Source: Patellaria atrata CBS 101060
Taxonomy: Eukaryota
DNA length: 64,000 nt
Reading direction: 5' to 3'
Assembly: GCA_010093705.1 (NCBI GenBank)
Contig: MU006091.1
Coordinates: 806,001 to 870,000 of the forward strand
Position 1 is the first letter of the stretch. Every line of letters begins with the position of its first letter. A program made the position numbers and the translations under genes. The notes below the pieces were generated by a model. It made no database searches. It had not been told where the DNA came from and was given only the letters and a program-made list of their open reading frames with translations. Of the stretch, positions 24,920 through 37,166 are shown one piece after another.

Positions 24920-27900
24920 ATGTTACCAAACAGTTCTAGCATCTCCTTACTCATCTCCAATATACTTATCCCAATAGCTGTGCTGGTATTCGCGACTGGT
25001 TTCTTCCCGTATAAACCATTCATTCCGGGTCTTGCGACTTATCAGTCTCTTGAATATGGGGATCCACCGGAGGCTCCGTTTGATAAGGTCATCTTCATGG
25101 TTGTCGATGCTCTCCGCAGCGATTTCGTGTATTCTGTTAACTCGGGATTCAGTTTCACTCAAAGGTAGGTCAATTGTGTAGCCCTATAGATCACACAGCT
25201 AATACAAAATATACAGTCTAATCCGGTCTGGGGTAGCATTGCCATTCACCGCTCATGCATCTTCTCCGACCATTACCATGCCTCGTGTTAAAGCCATGAC
25301 CACCGGCTCCGTCCCTTCTTTCTTGGATGTAATCCTTAACTTTGCCGAATCGGACACTACATCGACGCTCGCTCATCAGGATACTTGGCTTGCTCAGCTT
25401 AAAGCGAAGCGCGGAGGTAGGTTGGTCATGTATGGCGACGATACTTGGCTCAAACTTTTTCCCGAAACCTTCACTAGGGCAGACGGTACTTCGAGCTTTT
25501 TTGTCTCGGTCAGTCGTGCATATAGAATTGTATGTAGATCAATCAAAGCTGAGTATTACGCAGGATTTCACTGAGGTTGATAACAATGTGACGAGACATG
25601 TACCTGAAGAACTAAACGCTTCCGACTGGAATGCAATGATCATGCATTACCTTGGACTTGACCATATAGGCCATAAAGCTGGACCTTTAAGGTAGTCATA
25701 TCTGAGCGCATAATGAGTTCGTCTATTAATTAGTTCGTCAGCCCTAATATGATTCCGAAGCAGGTCGAGATGGATCGAATCGTAGAGCAAATCTATCATG
25801 CAATTGAAACTAAATCACACCTGAAATCCACAATTTTTATCTTATGCGGTGATCATGGGATGAATGATGGCGGCAATCATGGTGGTTCTGGTGCTGGTGA
25901 GACGTCTCCAGCTTTGGTATTCATGTCCCCGAAATTGAAATCCATCGCAAAGAAGAAACAGTCTCCAACAGTACCCCTTTCAGCGTTTCATTACTATACC
26001 TTGGTTGAACAGTCTGATATTGCACCTACTCTCGCCGGTCTCCTCGGCTTTCCGATACCCCTGAATAATCTGGGTGTCTTTATTCCTGACTTTCTGCCGT
26101 TATGGAACAACGGTGAGTTGTTCATCTCCTAGGTACCTTCCATACCAAAGCTTATCCTAAAAACTAGGAAATGATCGTGTCCAGCTATTGTTGAGAAATG
26201 CACTTCAGATTCTCAACATTGTCAAGATGACATTCTCACAGCAAGCTTTTGACAACCCTTTCGCAAAACTTGACTGTTCAGACCCCACGTCGAGTGGAAC
26301 TGAATTAGCCTGTAAATGGAGGAGAGTGACAGATATATACAGGGGAATGGAAGGTTTCAAGCCGAAGCCTGAGAGTATATTGCCTGCCCTTACTGCCGTG
26401 AGTACGCCTAGATTTACAGCTAAGGACGTCGTTTCTATGGATATCAAGCTGTAGCATTCATCCAATCAATGCTAATAAAGATATAGTTTTGCAAAAGTGC
26501 TCAGTCAATCATGAGCAGTACAGCTAGCAATTACGATGTCTCTAGACTATTGCTCGGAATTGGCCTTGCGGGTGCGTCAGCCGCTTTTGCTCTCATTCAT
26601 ATGCTACTTGATCCGAAAACCATAACCATCAGTGCAACCGGGACTCAATATAGTTTAGTTATTGCCCTATATGGAATCATGATGTTTGCGAGCAGCTATG
26701 TCGAGGAAGAACAACATTTTTGGTATTGGACCACTAGCTTCTGGTTCATGTACTTGGGCATCGTCGAGTGAGTGTGGACATGTCGGTTTATTGATAAAGG
26801 ACATTCCATCTGATATATTTATAGGTCACGACACTCGCAGACTGGGCTGCCTAAGAAATCCCTTGGTCTTCTATTGTTTCATCGAATCGTTGTACGTTGG
26901 AACCAGACTGGACAAAAACATGCGGGAGCCCCAGATATAGCACACTTTCTGCTATCATACCCAGTTCTGATTTGGACTTTGGTAATTTCTACATATCTCA
27001 CCTTGAGCTATTTTGTGTACAGAGATTATGTTAGACGGCTGACTGGGGATTTTGAGAGGGCTATGGCAAGACTCTCTGTTGCATGGCTATCCTTAGTTGC
27101 CATTTTTTTCAAATTTGCCTTTGTCGCTCGAGATGCTCCTGAATTACTGGGGTGGTTTCCTGAGTCGGGGGTCGAATGGCTACTATTGCTCCCGCTTGTA
27201 AAACTAGCAAGAGGCATATTTGCTGGATGTTTTTTCGGTGTCCTATGGCTGGGATATTGGGAGGGCATGCATATTAGGACAGGACAGCCTGCAGGTGAGT
27301 ACATATCTGGCAGCAGATACTCGACTTTAATCTGTTGTCGCGTTAAAGCTTGATTGAGGACTTCTATGCTAACAGACTGGCTGAAGCTCTGGCACAGTCC
27401 TTACACAACCTTCTCAGTTTAATTATTCTGACTCAAACCCGGACTCAAAACATTCCTCTCTTCTTCATTTTCACGGTGATGGCAAACTTGATTGGTATGG
27501 GTAACTTTCTTCTCTGCCCTACATTTAGTACCATCTGAATAAGCGTACGCTAACGTGCAAGCGTCCGATAGCCCGTCTTCCGCTCATATCTTTTCAGAGA
27601 ACTTTAAGTATCATTCTCCTTACGCACACCTCTTTCTTCTCGCTTGGAAACAGTAACGCTATTTCGTCTATTGATCTCTCAAACGCATATAACGGTGTTT
27701 CCGGCTACAACGTCATCGCTGTTGGAATCTTAGTCTTTATCAGTAACTGGGCAGGACCGATCTGGTGGACGACTACTAGCAATTTGATTTCGAATCAATC
27801 TCTAGCGTTAGACGATGTTCGCAGGAAAACTAAAGAAAATGACCGCAGAAATGGAAAAAACTGGATCCTCCGGGAGCGGGAACATCTCGCATCTCTTGCC

Positions 27901-28209
27901 GAAAGGGCTTCGGATGAAAACGTGTCGCCATCTCCACAGGAACCTAATAAGACTATATCTACTCCTCAACAATTCTTATTTATACATCATGTTGCTTTAC
28001 TGACTTTCTTCACCTCTGTAAGCCTTCTAGCTATCATGATAGCATGTACAGCGCTCAGAACTCACCTATTCATCTGGACGGTGTTCAGTCCAAAGTATTT
28101 GTATGCAATGGCATGGTGTATGGGTCATCATATATTTATAAACATCGGGCTAGGGGGTCTTATGTGGTGGGTTGGAAAAATGGACATTAAGACGAAGAAG
28201 CGTGCATAA
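24920..28209 (+). CDS. GPI7: GPI ethanolamine phosphate transferase 2 (PIG-G type), multi-exon
   Basis: FMVVDALRSDF, PTITMPRVKAMTTGS, HYLGLDHIGH, GDHGMNDGGNHGG, SSYVEEEQHFWYW, HLFIWTVFSPKYLY. Confidence 0.93.
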
Positions 28210-28374
28210 ACTCTGTAGCGAGGCACAACTTGCCAATTGAAGTTTTGATTATTGGTATATGCAAGAAGTTTTGAATCGAATGGAGTTCGAAATCTGTCCA
28301 AGTCTAAAATTTCAGCGAGCGATAGACTCATCAGTGCGAGCTTTTTCTGTCGACAACCTAATTTTCCCCACCCA

Positions 28375-28397
28375 ACACAAACACACACACACACACA
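28375..28397. repeat. (AC)n microsatellite
   Basis: acacaa acacacacac acacaca. Confidence 0.8.
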
Positions 28398-29526
28398 AAG
28401 AGTGACGAAACCCCTATTTCGTATTAACAATAGGATCATTTCGAGTGTCCCGAGGGACGTATACCACCCCGAAATACCTATGACTCCCCCGCTAAGTCAT
28501 ATGTATATGATACCCCCAGATAGCCAACCAAGCTATCTCTCCTCGCCGTTCTATCCTTTCCCCTCCGACTGCACTCATCATAATGTTGTGTCTACTCGCT
28601 GAAAGCACTACACTCTACACATGTCTTTAGTCCACCTTCCTTCGTGAGCTCTCGGGGTGCTAGTGGTAGAGATATTGGATTGCTGCGTAATCGTGAGGAG
28701 GAGTTAGTACTGGTATCTCCATGATGAATGTAGATGAATGCGGATTCACTGGTCGACAGTTTGAAGTGAAGTGTTGGCTCTATATGATATTGGTATATCT
28801 GGGGTTCGTTGGTGACAGAGATGAAGTATCCGCCTTCTAGACTATCTCTGGTCTCGGAGAAGAAGTATTGGAATTTTGGCATTGGGAAGATTGGGGAGTT
28901 GATAATATTGGAGATCGGTTAGACATATAGTTCAACTGAAGCTCAAGGTCAGTTTCTTGTGTTCGAATGAGTCTGGTGTAAGGGACTTCGAGTGTGGAGA
29001 GATATGCCTCGAACATGCACGACATGATAGAGTGGTGGGTAGCTCTTTCTTTGCGTTTAAGTTTTTGAACTGATTTGATATTGAACACTTTTATTTCGTC
29101 TAGTTCAAATGGATCTGAGGTGAATATGCGTGACATCTGTCCGTTTGGCCTTGATTGTGAGTTTTAGGACATAGACTCTGGATCAAAAAGGGGTGAGAGA
29201 GAATATCATGGTTTCATTGGAAACCACATCACCCGGTTGTAAAGTGAAAACTATGTTCAATGTACAGAAATGGCTTGGGATAACCCAAAGATAGATTAAG
29301 CACCTTTATTTTCGGAGAAGAGTGTAACAGAACTTCAATTATTATAGATACCAGAAGAACCATGTTTTACAATGACTAAATAATCAGTTATCACGTACGT
29401 CAAGTAATCGGTGCTTTATAGTTGAGAAAAGCCCCAAGGAAACGTCGACATCCATGAACATTCATATGTATACTGGACCAGGTCAACTAGCATCTTCCAG
29501 CATCTTCTGCATTGCCTCAGTAAGAA

Positions 29527-31076
29527 TCAAACAATGGTAGCCGTACGATCAATGCTATCCAATTCCAGGCTATCTTTAATAGGACTTCCCACAGATCTTC
29601 GCATTCCACTTCCATTGTTAGAGCTTTTGGCTGACTTCACACTTGGAGTGATTTCTCCGGCAAAGGCTGTAGAATGGGTTGTATCAGTCCTAGTGGGTGT
29701 TTTTGACAGTTCGATCGGTAATTGTTGACGGCGGGATTCAGTGAAAGGGATCATTGCCGAAAGACGTGGGGACAGCGATAAAGGTGTGTTAGATTGCTTT
29801 ACTGAGACTGGGCCCCATAAACTGCGGATTACATTCCATTTCTTTGATGTAGAAGTGAGAAAGTCGCTCTGAGTGCCGGTTCCTGGCGCAAAATCGGCAC
29901 TGTTGGATGTATATTAGCCATCCATTATTCGAAACAAGATTAGAGTAGGACTTACAACGAGTTCTGACTTTCGGTGCTAGAAGTAGTTTTGTGTAAGAGT
30001 AGCTTTGCAGCGCTGCCAAGTGAAGACAAGATTCCTGGACGTGAAGAACAGCTACGAGTACCACCGTCTCGGCTTTCTCTCAATAGACCGAGTTTGACCA
30101 GCCATTTTCTATACATCCGGCTCGTCTCTGCACCCATACCGAAGAAGAAGAACACCAAATAGCCGGAACCAATCCAAACCCAGCGATCAGGGAGAACTTC
30201 GCCACCGCTCGGAGCAGCCAGGTGTTGATTCCACGTTTGTGGGTTGTGAATCTCTGACCATGAGTATGGGACATACTGAGCTTTGATGTTCTCAATAAGG
30301 AAATATATTTGAACAGGTGTGATGCCGAGGATTAGGATCAGAGCCATGATAAATAGGCGAAAGAAGTGGGACTGATTGGTGTTGCTGGCGGCAAGGATAG
30401 TGCCTAGGTCGCGACGATAACGATGAATGCGCCAGATAGTGAGGACTACGGCCCACATTGTCAGCTTCAAACTTTGTTAAGGTAGCAAGGCGTACTTACA
30501 TGAATAGTAATTCCCAATAACTGAGATAATGGGGGGGAAGATGAAGTAGAGGAAGATAGTAGGAAGCACTGGTGCAAAAGGCGCATGACAACCCGAGAGA
30601 CCGATGATATCGTAACGATATGGTTGAATTACATAGTATACGACCATGAGGAGAACAGGGAGCACAATGCAGCAAAAAATGTTGATCGCAGCGTTTCGTC
30701 TTCTAACACGTCTTGAGGGAGCGAGAACAGCGTTTTCGGTGTCGAGAGCTTGGGCAAGAGACCTCATAATGCAGGCGACAGAGGCAGGGATACCAATACC
30801 ACTACCGACCATAATCCGTACTTCGACATCACAGAAACCAATACCATTCCAATACGCTTCGACGTTATCATGCGGCCAGATAATGACGTTGGCGAAGGTA
30901 AGTAGGTTGAGAATGACGAGCCAAAAGACCAAACTGCATGCAGGAATGTTCCCAGCACGGACATGCCAGATAGCAGGTGAAATATCCAGTGGGAGTGTCA
31001 ATCCAGAGAGTATAGCTAGGACCAGGGCGATAACCGTAACATCCAAGAGTTGCTGATTGCCAAATTCTGCTTCCAT
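29527..31076 (-). CDS. STE3: a-factor pheromone receptor (Ste3/PRE1-type GPCR), 3 exons
   Basis: WHVRAGNIPACSLVFW, WNGIGFCDVEVR, YVIQPYRYDIIGLSGC, PYSWSEIH, FFFFGMG; introns 30499-30446 and 29955-29900 join the ORF pieces in frame. Confidence 0.93.
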
Positions 31077-31390
31077 GACTACGAATTCAACTGGGTACTG
31101 GAGAAAGTGGGGTGAATCGAAGTCGAGCGAGATCTGAACAGCGGAGCAAGGGAGATATGTTACTTCTTCCAAAGTATCTCAGAGAGATATGAGGAGTGAG
31201 ATGATGCTATCGAGAGAAGCACGAGGGAGAAGCACGAGGAGATTTCTTCAAATCTTCGAAGTTTTCAGAATGCTTGAGTCGAAGTAGAAAGAGAAGTCGG
31301 AACAAGTGTAAGGGTGGAAAAATGGACTATGGATATAGAGAAGGAAGAGCATCTTGCTGCAATAGATCTCATGAATTGGCTTTCAATAAT

Positions 31391-31627
31391 CTCAATAGCA
31401 AGAGAACGGATAGAGAGGTTATGGAGAAACTAGGGGAAGACTCAATAGACATGTATCAATACAGAAAATGTGGTTGACTGAAACGCGAGAGAGAACAGCA
31501 TTAGAGGAACGCGTGATACTACCTATACACATATCAATGGTCTCAGTAAGGGTATGAAACTGGTTGTGCAAGACTTCACGATATAACCAACCGGAACTGG
31601 GTGTCAATAGCAAAAGGGGTTCAATAA
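31391..31627 (-). promoter_or_regulatory. Cluster of CTATTGAG-type (MAT1-1-1 alpha-box) motifs upstream of STE3
   Basis: Exact CTCAATAG (CTATTGAG on the gene strand) at 31391-31398 and 31441-31448; near-matches gtcaatag 31603-31610 and ttcaataa 31620-31627. Confidence 0.55.
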
Positions 31628-31914
31628 GCGACCAATCAAATGACAGGAAGCATTCCGTCACGGTTGAGCGACGGCGAAGAGATGTAAAACAAAAATAAGA
31701 TATCTTCCACAGAATACGGTTATCTCTTGTTGAGAAGTTTATGAAGCCAGTTGATATTTCTTTCTTATACAGAGGTATTGTTACTAAGAGCACTAACGTA
31801 AACGACAAGCGAGCTGCGCAGTTCTCACCAAATAAGCAGCTCTACTAGCAATTGCTCCACCACGTAGTAGTATTTTTTGAAGCTGTAACTTGTAGTCGAT
31901 TCTATAGAGTCTAA

Positions 31915-33533
31915 TTAATCTCTGCCGCATGTACGAGAGTTGTGTCCTGCATTGCCGCAGGTTCTGCAGCGCTGCTGAGTCGCCGCGTCGCCTCTTGCGC
32001 GCTGCCTATTCTGACTCGTTTCCTCTCTAATCTGCTCATCAACGTTAATTTGAGCTATTAATTCTGCGCCTTCTACCTTTGTTAAACATCCTTGAAGCTG
32101 TAAACGCTTCTTCTGGCGCTTCTTACGTCGTGTTGCAGCCTCATTTGCTCTGCGTAGGTTGGCGACTTCTAACTGTAAAATGACTCAATGGTGTATCATC
32201 AATTCTGCACCTTTTGATAGGCGGTCAAGTGACTTAATGATAGATGTAGGAGAGCTATTCTGATGCCTCTTAATCCTATTACGAATAAAGGCAGTTTGAG
32301 AGTCTAGTTCCTGCGCGTTACATGGTGTTTTTAACTCCCATTCTTGTAGTACTGGTGGTGACGGCGTACGCAGCTTGATCTCCAGCTTTGAGACTACTAT
32401 CTCTGAGTCTAGAGGAACTAGACCTGCTCCTGCGAATCCTGCGCGGATATTCTTCTCTGTAACTGATTCCTGGTAGGCTTGTTTAAAGACTGGGAGAAAC
32501 TCGAGCTTGGTGATGTGGTTAATAGAGCTGCGCATCAGATCCTCTACACCACGCCCATACGCCTTCTTCAATGGTGAGAAACAGGCGACATCTAGAGGTT
32601 ATAGGAGGTAAGATGAATGAGCTGGCATACAGAGCGTAGTAATACTGTTCTGCGCACAGAGCTCTCGAAACTCCATAGACTCATGGCTCTCATGGCCATC
32701 AAGAATTAATAGCTGGCGCGAACCAAGACGTCTATCTTTTGTATGCTTAATAAAGTGGTTCAACAACTCTACGCCAAGCTTATTTGTAGTCCAGCCGTTC
32801 TCAGATAGTGCGATTACCCAATCCTCAGGAATATCTGTGCCTTCGTACCAAGTAGATAGATGATNNNNNNNNNNNNNNNNNNNNNNNNNNNNNNNNNNNN
32901 NNNNNNNNNNNNNNNNNNNNNNNNNNNNNNNNNNNNNNNNNNNNNNNNNNNNNNNNNNNNNNNNNNNNNNNNNNNNNNNNNNNNAACTTTACTAGTCGCT
33001 ATTACACCCATCTGAAAGCCTGTCTCATCAAAATTGTAGATGTCTGCTTTAGTGATGCCGTGCTTCTCAATTGTACGCGCTACAAGCTGGAACCAGCTAC
33101 TAATAGTCTCAGGATCTTCACATTGAGCTCTCTTATAGTCGTACTTACGATTTAGGCGCGTTTTTAGCTCTGGTGTTCGGCGTATAAAGTTCTCTGGCCA
33201 CTTGACTCCAACTACTCCAGCGCCGCGCGTAGTAAGCAGTTGATCCGCCATATCTCGTACAGCGCGAAGCTGAGGTGGAAATCCACGTGAGTTAAGCTCA
33301 AGAATGTAGTTTACAATAGCCTCCTCTTCTAACTTAGTGAGCCTCTTTGAGTTGGGCTCGCAATCGCGTCGTGTAGAGATTCCAGCGCGTCGTGACCTTA
33401 GTGTTGATTCAGGGACGTCAAACGCCATAGCAGCTTGGCGCATGCTTTTAAATTGATTGGAATTAAGAGCTGATAGAGCTAGGTTGAGTCTGCCTTCTTT
33501 TTGAGCTAATTGAGTACTGCGTTGTTGATTCAT
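31915..33533 (-). pseudogene. Disrupted pogo/Fot1 transposase (HTH_psq/CENP-B, DDE_1, C-terminal CCHC)
   Basis: AAMAFDVPESTLRSR, YNFDETGF, LLILDGHESH, HSSYLL*PLDV (in-frame TAA in the QPLD motif), a second stop at 32185-32187, and C-terminal RCRTCGNAGHNSRTC. Confidence 0.93.
32865..32984. other. Assembly gap inside the transposon
   Basis: Run of N. Confidence 0.99.
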
Positions 33534-34049
33534 GGTGGGTTGATTGTAGGAGAACTAGTTTTGGTGAGAACTGCGCAGCTCGCTTGTCGTTTACGTTACC
33601 GTAGTAGCAGTACTGTACTATTCATCCTATCCGATACTATATAGTACTGTACAACGCAAAGACGAAGTGAAGATCAGTTTAGTACTCGTCGGAAATGTGT
33701 TTTTTTGATGATAGACTCCAGTCAAGTCATAGACCTGTTTGAGGTTCGAAAAATACCTTCGATACATTATGCGACGTTCAAATAGTGCTATCCACGTTTC
33801 CACATTGGGCCTAGCGGAACGACTGATGACGGGATGCACACCGAATTGCTTCCGCAGGTGTCGCAAGACAAGATTTGGTTCCCGGACTACCGTACTTTCC
33901 TTTACGTTTGAAGATGTCTGTCGAAAAGTACCACCTGTATACAGGACTGACTATGAGGAGTCAAGGTTCCAAACTTCTAGGTGCAACAATTTCCATCTGT
34001 TTGATTTCCGAAACTCCATATCTGTCGCTGTGCGCAAAGTAGACCTACG

Positions 34050-35495
34050 ATGATGCCAGACGCGTCTTCCTTGCCAGAACTTGATGGCGACAGCCGTCCA
34101 TTGAGACACGAAAGTCCATTTATACCAAGGAAGATCCAGAGAGCATCTACTACAGTTGAAGGAGCGTCTGTTAATCGCCCTTTGAATAGAAGACGGAGTT
34201 CTTTATTTTCTGATCTCTCCTTGGAAGATGCCCGCCAGACCCTCAGGTCATCAACGGACAATATATTCGTGCCCAAGGCGACAGGAACGGGACACGAACT
34301 ACAAGGAGAAACATCTCACTGGCATTCAGTACCCTTAGCATTTGCAATTCTCCCAGCTGTAGGGGGCTTACTTTTCAAAAATGGAAGCCACATAATCACC
34401 GATATCCTGTTGCTTGGTTTAGCGTCAATCTTCCTCAACTGGTCTGTCCGTTTACCATGGTGAGTGAGGATCTGCTGAATTCTTCTGTTTCAGGACTAAC
34501 GTATGGCTGATAGGGACTGGTACCATTCTACTCAGTCGGTTCAGACACGTAACTTTGAACAGGATCAGGATGCGACATCAACTATATTTGAGGAAAGTAC
34601 CGAAGGGGACGAAGGGTCTCCGGATCCAGAAAGCCGGGATTCTTCATCTCCGAAACGAGTGGAGATTCCCGATCCCCTCCTTACGAGTAAAAGAGATGCT
34701 AGAGGGGGGGATGTGGCAGAGGAAGAACTAAGGAAACATGAAGTACTAGCACTACTTTTGTGCTTCCTCGGTCCAATCTTAGGAGCATACCTTCTCCATG
34801 GGATACGCTCCCAACTGTCGAGACCTTCAGAAGGCCTCGTTTCGAACTACAACCTTACTATATTTCTACTTGCTGCTGAGCTACGTCCATGTGCTCATTT
34901 GATCAAGCTCATGCAAGCTAGAACACTCCATCTACAACGGCTTGTCCGCGCCGAGTCTCCAGACCCTCAACATAATGTCTCTGTTTTTGACGATTTAAGA
35001 GCCCGCTTGGAAGAGATGGAAAGTCGTCTAACCAACATCAACCTTTCCCCGCAAAAGGACGGGGCTGAAGTCAGTGCAGACATCATAAAGAATATGAAGC
35101 AGAGCTTTCAGCCCCAGTTGGATGCGTTAAATCGTGCCGTTCGACGGTACGAGAAACGAGCAATAGTCCAGACCATGCAGAACGAGGCACGTTTACAGGA
35201 CTTGGAAGCACGATTGAAAGACGCGTTATCACTTGCTGCGGTTGCAGCAAACTCTAGCCAGAAGCCAGGAGTTGTTATGCTAGTGCTTGACTGTGTCGGC
35301 TCTGTGTTCATGCTACCTCTCCAAGCTACATATACGTTGTTCGTATACCCTATCCAACTGGCTTCAAGTGGCATTGGTTCCATCAAAACGACTATCTTTG
35401 GTAAAAAGCCCGAAAAGAAGAAGAGAAGCTCCAAACATGCAGATTCAAGTAATTGGAATGCCCAACGCCTTCAGTCGAAGAATATCCGACGTTGA
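34050..35495 (+). CDS. Hypothetical fungal membrane protein with coiled coil, 2 exons
   Basis: Intron ~34460-34513 joins LPW|DWYHS; TM segments (WHSVPLAFAILPAVGGLL, LALLLCFLGPILGAYLL) and coiled coil LDALNRAVRRYEKR; function not recognised. Confidence 0.75.
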
Positions 35496-35929
35496 AGGTT
35501 ATTCCGGCACGTAAAAAACTGATTGCAGACCTTATACCTAAGAAGCTTTACGTTATACAAGATGCTCATCAAGTGGATAGGATACTGTCCGGAATGCGCA
35601 ACTGTAAGGAGCTGACCTCGAGACTCAATCCTTGGGGTACCTTTATATCGAAGTATATATTTCGAGGTTAAGGCTAGTGTATCGACGGAATCTGGCAGAG
35701 CTCAACCTCTAGCTAGAGTCTCGCTTCCTCGAATCGAACTGTGTTCATGCCGAAGCATATGTTATGATTTGATTTCTCCGCGACCAGACTCTTCTTAATC
35801 TGTGCTCGGGTATACTGGATTTGTCAGTGCCGAAGCTACCCCTCCATCCTGCGGCACGCTCTAAAGGGTCTTACATAGAATGAGCACAAAGTTGAAGCAA
35901 CCTTCACTTGACGAGACTAATCTTCCAAG

Positions 35930-37166
35930 ATGCCTCTTTCTAGTGATATTGGGATAGATTACTCTAAGTTTGATCCGAACTCCATCAGTGAGAAGACCGC
36001 AAAGCTCAACGATCAGCTAGTAAGAACTGCAAACGATGGACCGAAATGGTACGAGGTATGGAGGCCAAACAGTAACAAGCTTATTCATTATCTTGGTTGA
36101 CGCTCTTCAAGGTGGGAGCCGCCAAATACCGTCAAATGCGGTGGAACGGGGAGACGCCTCTTCCAAAGCCTACTGTCTTAGAAGAAGGAGTAAATTTTGA
36201 TATTCCATCGCGTGAGGCTGAACGTCACATACCTTGTCGGATGTTCAAGCCGTCAGATGGGCGAGTGAAAGGGTTGTTCTTGCATATCCACGGCGGGGGC
36301 TGGGTACTCCAATCCGAAAACTAGTACGCAACATGTAAAGCATTTCCTTTATTGTTTAATCAATGTCCTACGACGCTGAATAAAATGAATCAGTCAAGAT
36401 ACCCTCCTGAAATTTCTTGCCGATGCCGCGAACTTGACCGTCATCTCCGTCGGCTACAGACTCGCTCCCGAGGACCCTTGGCCGGCCGGTCCTGACGACT
36501 GCAACGATGCGGCGGAATACTTCGTCGACAATGGTCCGTCTCAGTTCGGTGCTGAGCTCATGTTTGCTGGTGGGGAGGTGAGATTATACTCCTCCCGTCT
36601 CCATTCACATCGTAGTTAGTGACATAAACCGCTCTACACAGTCAGCCGGTGCCCACCTCACAGCCCTCATAGCTATCCATCTCCTCAATTCTCGACCATC
36701 TTTCAGATTCCATGGTCTTGTTCTTAATTGCGGTGCTTATGACCTTTCAAACTTCCTACCCGCGGTTTCCAACTTTCACCGTCTTCTCGTTCTAGACCAT
36801 GATATCATGAAACATTACGTCGATGTTCTCTGCCCTAATACAACTGCTGAGCAGCGAAGGGACCCACGGATCTCTCCTTTCTTCACAGATTTCAAACGTC
36901 TACCGGGAAAACTCCCGCCGGCGTTATTCACAGTGGGTACAGAGGACTGCCTGCTTGATGACACGGTGATGATGGTACTGAAGTGGCAGATGAGTGGTGC
37001 AGAAGGTGTGTGCAAAGTTTATCCGGGGGCACCACATGGTTTTTTGCTGTTTACGGATGAGCAAACCGAGACAGCGGGGCAGTGTCGTGCACATATAAAG
37101 GAGTTCCTGCATGAGAAGATTGCGGAGAGGAAGATACAAGCTTTCGGAGGGCGGTTTTTGCAATGA
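35930..37166 (+). CDS. HSL-family alpha/beta hydrolase (esterase/lipase), 4 exons
   Basis: HIHGGGW, YRLAPE, GE|SAG nucleophile split by an intron, EDCLLDD, GAPHGF. Confidence 0.9.

Larger units (their letters stand above)
31796..33596 (-). mobile_element. Fot1/pogo-family (Tc1-mariner superfamily) DNA transposon
   Basis: Perfect 37-bp TIRs ACGTAAACGACAAGCGAGCTGCGCAGTTCTCACCAAA at 31796-31832 and 33560-33596 (reverse complement); TA target duplication at 31794-31795 and 33597-33598; internal transposase; N gap at 32865-32984. Confidence 0.97.

Noticed and set aside
32814..32864. Frameshift in the transposase at the ORF-track stop 32814
   Set aside because: Probably an artefact of the estimated N-gap length; a good transposase frame (HLSTWYEG..SENGWT) resumes after the gap
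28209..34050. Pheromone precursor (CAAX peptide) or MAT locus linked to STE3
   Set aside because: I saw no short ORF ending in CAAX-stop and no alpha-box or HMG gene; my manual scan was not exhaustive
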